Source: an uncultured virus (IMG/VR IMGVR_UViG_3300030376_004332) (lineage: Duplodnaviria > Heunggongvirae > Uroviricota > Caudoviricetes). Taken from it: a DNA stretch of 20,000 bases. Below the pieces are notes generated by a model. It made no database searches and was not told the DNA's origin. It saw nothing but the letters and a program-made list of their open reading frames with translations. This document shows, in pieces, positions 8,429-15,400 of the stretch. Made by a program: the position numbers and the translations under genes. The stretch lies in the IMG/VR virus record IMGVR_UViG_3300030376_004332; one strand, written 5' to 3'. Numbering within the stretch: position 1 is the stretch's first letter; each line of letters opens with the position of its first letter.

Positions 8429-8522
8429 CTTCAAGGGCATATACGTATTTCCGTTGTTTAGACCTAGTGTAATTCACATAAGCCTCTAACGCTAATACTA
8501 TTATCCTCAAGAAATGCCTCAC
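8328..8522 (-). CDS. Small helical protein, candidate i-spanin (Rz-like)
   Basis: GTG start overlaps the holin stop (GTGA at 8519-8522); short N-terminal hydrophobic patch then a charged helical region; overlapped by the lipoprotein gene. Confidence 0.5.
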   Translation of the reverse strand: MRHFLRIIVLALEAYVNYTRSKQRKYVYALEDEIDRLAADGSPAAKLRLERLSGRLSIERKRNI

Positions 8523-8683
8523 TTCTTTTTAGACATTATAGACCAAATAACGCCTATAAGTGTGACAGCAGCCGATACTCCTGTAGTAACTTCGTCATTT
8601 GAAGCCATCCCATTCTGCGTCATAAAACCCCCACCAAACGTGAGGAAGTGCCTTACTATTCCTAATATAGATTCTTTATTCAT
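8519..8683 (-). CDS. Putative holin, 54 aa, two hydrophobic segments (not in the ORF track)
   Basis: Translated by hand: MNKESILGIVRHFLTFGGGFMTQNGMASNDEVTTGVSAAVTLIGVIWSIMSKKK*. The RHxLTxxGG...WS..K pattern resembles Pam3-gp28-like putative holins; ATGA overlap upstream and GTGA overlap downstream. Confidence 0.8.
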   Translation of the reverse strand: MNKESILGIVRHFLTFGGGFMTQNGMASNDEVTTGVSAAVTLIGVIWSIMSKKK

Positions 8684-8856
8684 TTCTTCTTCCTTTTTAA
8701 CAGGTTATAGAGTGTGATAATAGCTACTGTAATACCCAACAGGCCACCAACTACTTGGATACTCCATTGAATTACTTCAGCGTACGGAATAGTGACAGCA
8801 ATCAAAGATCCCGTTATACCCGTAGCTCCCTTTACAATTAGCTCTTCATTGCTCAT
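8680..8856 (-). CDS. Small 2-TM membrane protein, candidate holin/antiholin
   Basis: From ATG 8856: MSNEELIVKGATGITGSLIAVTIPYAEVIQWSIQVVGGLLGITVAIITLYNLLKRKKK; two hydrophobic segments and a basic C-terminus; first gene of the lysis cassette. Confidence 0.65.
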   Translation of the reverse strand: MSNEELIVKGATGITGSLIAVTIPYAEVIQWSIQVVGGLLGITVAIITLYNLLKRKKK

Positions 8857-8893
8857 AAAAGGGCAATATAGCACAATTACTCGTTAGTATCTA
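8857..8893 (-). promoter_or_regulatory. Candidate extended -10 promoter for the lysis cassette
   Basis: Minus strand TAGATA-N17-TATATT with TGn directly before the -10 (TGC TATATT, 8873-8865), 8 nt before ATG 8856; no Shine-Dalgarno. Confidence 0.45.
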
Positions 8894-9185
8894 CGTCTGA
8901 TTCTTCGTCGCTAGTATCGTCTGTAACTAGCGTAAGATCATCGAGATCTGACGGAGTTGTGGTAAAAGAAGGGTCTTCAGAAGGGGCTTTTGTGTGACTG
9001 TCGTATATATCGCTTATACTTACCCAACCCTTGTCTCTAAGGATAGAATAGTCTTCAAACGAATTACACACACGTTTATCAGTGTGTTTAATCGTATGGC
9101 CGTTGCCATCTGTAGATTCTTGTTCCACTGGATTAAGCATCCAATGAGTCTTAAAATCCTCCTCAGATAAGTCGAGGTCAGGCAT
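8877..9185 (-). CDS. Hypothetical protein with acidic low-complexity C-terminus
   Basis: 102-aa ORF coupled by a TAATG overlap at 9185; D/E/T/S-rich tail; no family recognised. Confidence 0.7.
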   Translation of the reverse strand: MPDLDLSEEDFKTHWMLNPVEQESTDGNGHTIKHTDKRVCNSFEDYSILRDKGWVSISDIYDSHTKAPSEDPSFTTTPSDLDDLTLVTDDTSDEESDVDTNE

Positions 9186-9373
9186 TACTCTGAATCTTCT
9201 TTAACAACTTCAGGTGTTGGTGCTTCTTCTCCAGTTTGCTTAGAGATTTCTTTAGCCACAACAACCAAAGCTTCGGCACCATTTAAGCCGACTTGCTTAG
9301 TAGCAATATCGAGTGATTGTAAAATGATTTGAATGAATCCTTTGGGAATTTCTAATGTAACTTTTTCTTCCAT
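9185..9373 (-). CDS. Small helical hypothetical protein downstream of the tail fibre (possible fibre-associated factor)
   Basis: 62 aa with an LDIATKQVGL core; preceded by a promoter-like element; function inferred only from position. Confidence 0.7.
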   Translation of the reverse strand: MEEKVTLEIPKGFIQIILQSLDIATKQVGLNGAEALVVVAKEISKQTGEEAPTPEVVKEDSE

Positions 9374-9410
9374 AATACGTTTAGAATAGGCATATTTAAG
9401 GACTGTTCAA
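9374..9410 (-). promoter_or_regulatory. Sigma70-like promoter, near-leaderless
   Basis: Minus strand TTGAAC-N16-TATTCT-N9-ATG, with an AT-only tract (9414-9433) upstream like an UP element; same geometry as 18763-18799. Confidence 0.6.
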
Positions 9411-9433
9411 GTGTTTTATTTAAATAAAAATAT

Positions 9434-12400
9434 TTAAACAAATGCGACTTCGTGCTCCGTTCCAGCACCATCTTGGAAGTACAACTTGTTATCTGATTTG
9501 GTGTAGAGTTTGCCTACATCTGCCGTTGCAGTTGGTGTAGTAGTTTCAGTCATAGCCATCGCCCCAGTTACTTTAGTCCCGTCAGATGTAGTAGTGAATT
9601 TAACTGCTTGGTTATAGGATAAGATAGAACCACCATCCTTGGTAAACTGCGCCATGGTATAGCCTTCCTCATCTTGGAAATATATAGCGGGGCCATTTGT
9701 TTGTAAGTGCAACCCACCTGTACCTAAGTCTCTTATGTAGCTAAGGCTTCCAGAGTGATAAATTGATAGATCGCTGCCAACTCCAAACTTGAGTTTAACA
9801 TTATCCATTAAGGCTATGTCTTTATCGAATTGAATTAGTCCTAATGAACCATCAAATGCCATGTATTGAGCAATGCCACCAGATCCATCATCTAATTCAA
9901 ATTTTATATCCCCATCATCAGTGTTATTTTTAATAATAAGGTTACCTGTGTTATTTGTAATAGCCCCATTAGATCCGTTATGAAATACCTGAAAATCATT
10001 GTCAGAACCCATCTGAAGCTGAACGCCATCAAGCAATCTCAATTCTTTTCCAAAGAGGATGTTTCCTGCGCTTCCATCCAAGTAAAAGTACTCAGTTGTT
10101 CCACCTGAACCATCGTCACACTTAAAGATAATGTCTTTATCGTTGGCGTTTTGTTCGATAACAAGATTGCCAGTCTGATTACGAATCTTTGAATCCACAC
10201 CATCGTGGTGCAGAGTCATGTCTGCGTCAGGGCCGAAGGCTAAATATGAATCATCTGGGAATACTGTAATAGGATCTCCTCCAGATAATGATCCATCTAA
10301 AAAGAAATAGGTTTCTTCTGCACCCGAACCATTGTCGCATCGGAAGATAATGTCTTTGTCAGTAGCACTGTTTTGGATAGTTAAATCACCAGTATCTTCG
10401 TTAGTTATTATGGAATTAGATCCATCGTGCAATATTCGTAAACCAGATGTACCATTAAAGTAAATACTCTTACCAGTAGAGACCATAACATCTTTTCGGG
10501 CTTGTATATCCTCAGAAGTTCCATCAATTCTAAAATATTCGGTAATTCCTGTAGATCCATCGTCCGATTCAAAAATTATTTTTCCACCATTACCTTTACT
10601 TCTAATATGTAAATTACGAGTATTTTCTTGTACGAAACTGTCAGCACCATCATTAAAGATTTGTAAGCCCTCACCTACACCACCAAACTGAAGTGTTGAG
10701 TTGTCTGGGAATACTGTCCTTGGGTGTGGTGCGCCTGATCCGTCTAAACGGAAATACTCCGTCATTCCATTACTGCCATTATCACAGAAAAATCTTATAT
10801 CAGCATCGTTGGCATCATTCTTAATATCTAAATGACCAGTATTGTTTTGAATTATAGAACTCGACCCGTCATGATAGATATTTAAATCATTACCTGTACC
10901 CCACCTTGCAATAACATTATCACTATGCCTTGTGTTGTAAGAAAATATTGTTAAGGCTTCACTGCCATCTACACGGAAATATTCGGCAGTTCCCCCAGAC
11001 CCATCATCACATTTAAATATAATATCACCATCATCAACAGTTTGTTGAATGTGTAAGTTACCAGTACCAGTTTGACTTATGAAACTGTTAGATCCGTCAT
11101 GGTGAATATCTAAATCAAGATCACTTCCAAACCTAAGTCTTCGATTATCTGGAAATATTGTGTACGTGTTCGTACCATCAGCAAGAGAGCCGTCTAAATA
11201 AAAATAAGTCAATAATGCTCCAGAACCGTCGTCGGACTGGAAATATATGTCAGCATCATTTGCTTTATTGGTAATATATAAAGGGCCAGTTTCATTTTCA
11301 ATTCTAGAAGAAACTCCAACACCATCATGGTAGATATTTAAATCTGCCCCTGTTCCGACTTTTAACCTAACGCCATCTAAAAGTTTAACGGATCTAGTAA
11401 AGATGCTTTGTGCTTCACTGCCATCTAAACGGAAGTATTCTGTTACACCGCCCGAAGCATCATCAGATTGAAAAACAATATCTTTGTCATCGTTGTGTTG
11501 CTGGATATAAAGGTCACCTGTTCCAGTTTGTTCTATGTAACTATTACTGCCGTCATGAGTAAATCTTAAATCTAAATTAGTTCCAAAAGACAACCTTGCG
11601 TTATCTGGAAAAACAGTAAAAGGATTACCCCCATCAATAGATCCATCTAAGTAGAAATAGGTTTCTACGCCACCAGAACCGTCATCAGATTGAAAAATGA
11701 TGTCTTTATTGTCTGTATAATTTATAATGTATAAATCGCCAGTATTGTTTTCAATTCTAGAATCTGTGGCATCGTGATAAATCCGAAGATCAAAATTACC
11801 TGAACNNNNNNNNNNTGTTTTTGGAGTCGAGTCAGTATTCAATGAACCATCTAAGAAGAAATAGGTTTCTGTTCCGCCACTGCCGTCGTCGCATTTGAAA
11901 GTAATGTCACCGTCATTTGCATCATTTATTATTTCTAAATTTCCAACAGTGTTGTAAATAAATGAATTTGCTGCATGATAAATTCTTAGGTCTTTAGAAT
12001 CTCCGAAAGCTGCAACTGATTGATCGGGGAATACAGTCCATGTATACCCACTGGCACTATAGGAACCATCTAAAAAGAAATAAGTACCGTTGCCGCCATT
12101 ACCATCATCAGATTGGAAGATGACATCCTTGTCGTTATCTCTGTTTCGGATATAAAGATCGCCCGTAGCATTATTGATCCATGAGTCAGTACCATCATGG
12201 TATACAAGAAGATCAGCGCCCGTTCCGAGAGCTAAATAAGAATTGTCTGGAAATATTGTAAACGGATTTCCGTCAGTGTTATTTGATCCATCTAAGTAGA
12301 AATAGGTTTCTTTGCCCCCGCTACCATCATCGCATTGGAAGATGATGTCGTTATCATCAGAGCCGTTAGTTATGTAAAAATTACCAGTTCCGTTAGCTAG

Positions 12401-15400
12401 ATATGTATCCGTACCATTATGGTATATATACAGATCTGAACCATCACCCATTGAGATGAAATCATTATCACCCCATTTAGTGTATGTATTACCACCTCCA
12501 GCAGAACTGCCATCTAAACGGAAGTATTCTGCTACTCCACCAGATCCGTCGTCACATCTAAATATAATATCTTTATCGTCAGCATTATTTTGAATATATA
12601 AATCGTTAGTTGAATTAGCGATGTATGTATTAGTCGAATCATGGTAAATACTAAAATCATGGCTTGAACCAAAAGATAAAAAAGAATTATCTGGGAAATT
12701 TGTAATAGGGTTACCAGAAGAAGCTGACCCATCTAAAAGGAAATAGGTTTCTACTCCACCACTACCATCATCAGATTGAAAAATAATATCACCATCATCT
12801 TGTTCATTTTTTATATATAAACTGCCTGTGTAATTTCTTATATAACTATCTCCACCACCATGATAAAGCTGGAAGTCATCTCCCGCCCCGAATATTAAAT
12901 GCTTACCGTCAGGAAATGATGTGTGTTGCAGTAATTTATTTCTTGTAACAGAACCATCTAGCTGAATGTAAGTAGCATTCCCTCCACTACCATCGTCACA
13001 TATTAATAAAACATCTTTGTCATCCGCAGTATTATGGATACGAAGATCACCAGTGTTATTCTGAAAACGTGTGTCTGTCCCATCGTGATATAAATAACAA
13101 TCGTTATCCGTTCCCAATGTAATTAAACTATTATCAGGGAATCTAATAATTGGGTTGCCTGATGACGCTGAACCATCTAGTAAGAAATAGGTTTCTACAC
13201 CTCCACTTCCGTCATCACTGCGGAATATTATATCCCCATCATCGGTATAATTAGTGATAAACAGGTCACCTGTCTTATTACCTATTTCACTAAGTGAACC
13301 AGTATGGACAAATTCTAAATCGTTACCTGATCCTAATGTTATTTTTCCATTATCTGGAAAATTTAGTTTACCGTCAGTTGTAAATGTTGCCCTGACTGCG
13401 TTATTTAAATAAAAGAGAAAATTATCACTAGATGAAACAGCAACACCACCAAGGCTAGTTGGAATAATTGAGGCATCGTAACTATCGTTACCTATTTTTA
13501 TTCCTTTGGCGTTTGCGCTTCCAACATCAATTTCAATACCTTGATTGAATGTCCAAGAATCTGTTGAATTAGTCCAAGCAATAGTATAATCACTAGCACC
13601 TTTAAGAGTAAAACCACCACCATCAGCCGTTGTGTCAGATGGGCTGGATACATTTCCGATTATAATGTTCTTGTCTTCGACTGCTAGGTTAGCTGTATCG
13701 ATGGTTGTTGTAGTTCCTTGAATAGTTAAATCGCCCTCAACCACTAATCCACCTGTAATTAAAGTGTCTCCATCCTTTTCAACTCTAAATCGATTTGTAC
13801 CATTGTCTTGTACTCTAAAAAGTGTATCTGTATCACCGTCTAAACCAGTGACATTAATTCTTAATCCACTTGTGGCGTTTGAGCTGTTAACATAAAGAAT
13901 AGGGGCAGTTCCTGTTAAGCTTAAATCTCCTGATACCGTAGCACCACTAGCAGTTGTCTCGAACTTTTTAGTTCCATTATGGAATAACTCTACAGCACCA
14001 CCATTAATGAATTGAGCCATATTGGTAGAGTCATCATTGTCTCTAATAACAACATCGTCTTCGGCTAAAATTTTAATGTCGTCTCCACCGTTCTCTATAA
14101 TTAAATCACCTGTATCATTTTCAATGCGAGTGTTTGTCCCATCGTGATAAATATCTAAATCGTTACTATCTCCTAACCTAACTCTACCGCTATTGGCAAG
14201 CATGAGGTGATTGCCTCCCATAACAAGGTTACCACCCATAGTGGCTCCTGTTGAGCTTGTTTCGAACTTTTTGGAGTTGTTGTAATATAACTCAACGGCT
14301 CCATCTTCAGTGGCTTCAAATAAAGTTTCAGACTGGTTTGCTGATAAAACTCTTAGGTTATTTGAAGCAATGACCAAAGCACCTGTGCCTTGATCTAGCA
14401 TTGTTGTGTTGGTTCCTGTATGGAAAATTTGAAAATCACTGCCATCTCCGAAAATAGCTTTTGAGTTGTCAGATAATTTTATGTTTTTATATGCACGGAT
14501 ATCGTTGTTAGCCCCAGAGATTTTTAAATAGTCAGTTACTCCACCAGAACCGTCATCGCATTGGAAATGAATATCTTTGTCATCTGTATAATTTATAACG
14601 TATAAATCGCCAGTATTGTTTTCAATTCTAGAATCTGTGGCATCGTGATAAATCCGAAGATCAAAATTACCTGAACCGAAAAGCAACTTAGAGTGGTCAG
14701 GGAATACTGTTTTTGGAGTCGAGTCAGTATTCAATGAACCATCTAAGAAGAAATAGGTTTCTACTCCGCCTGAACCATCGTCGGACTGGAAGATAATGTC
14801 CTTATCGTTTGAATCATTACGAATGTATAAATCACCAGTTAGGTTTTTTAAATAAGTGTCAGTGGCATTATGTTTTATAGTAAAGTCAGAATTAGTTCCA
14901 AAAGATAAAATAGAATCATCTGGAAAAACTGTGTAAGGCTCACCAGCAGAAGCAGATCCATCTAAGAAGAAATAGGTTTCTACTCCGCCTGAACCATCGT
15001 CAGATTGGAAGATGATATCTTTATCATCCGCAGAATTTTTAATGATTAAATTTCCTGTGTAGTTGTTTATAGTCGAATCAGTCCCATCATGTGAAATTCT
15101 TAAATCAAAATCACCTCCTATTTGTAATATTGAATTATCAGGAAACACTGTAATAGGATTACCAGAAGAAGCAGATCCATCTAAATAGAAATAAGTTTCA
15201 TTTCCCCCTGACCCATCGTCACAAGAAAAAACTATATCTTTGTCATCCGCTCTATTTTGTATGTTTAAGTTTCCAGTGTGATTTTTTATAAACGAATTAG
15301 TCCCGTCGTGTAAAATTCTGAGATCACCCGCACCTCCGCCTCCAAATTGCATAAACACATTATCAGGCACGTTGATTGAACTAGACGTTAAATCTAAAAC

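Larger units (their letters stand above)
9780..15330 (-). repeat. Intragenic array of 20 degenerate ~70-76-aa (~210-230 nt) repeats in two blocks (4 units at ~14480-15330, 16 units at ~9780-13330)
   Basis: Counted from the translation via the D(D/N)(G/A)(S/N) core; consensus approximately DLxIYHDGTDSxIxNxTGDLYIxNxxDDKDIIFQSDDGSGGVETYFxLDGSxxxxxPxTxFPDNSxLxFG. Block boundaries are approximate. Confidence 0.9.

Noticed and set aside
8514..8717. Plus-strand 67-aa ORF
   Set aside because: Antisense to the 54-aa holin-like gene, which fits the operon through ATGA/GTGA overlaps.
9414..9429. Perfect 16-bp palindrome TTTTATTTAAATAAAA as terminator or operator
   Set aside because: All A/T, low complexity and weak as a stem; adequately explained as an AT-rich tract upstream of the -35.
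11712..14762. Possible diversity-generating retroelement TR/VR pair
   Set aside because: Both copies are in-frame parts of one CDS, differ at only one called base, neither is at the C-terminus, and no reverse transcriptase is in the window.
10293..15200. CRISPR-like array from the recurring 24-nt block
   Set aside because: Spacing is ~200 nt or multiples, intervening sequences are homologous coding repeats, and the block lies in a continuous reading frame.
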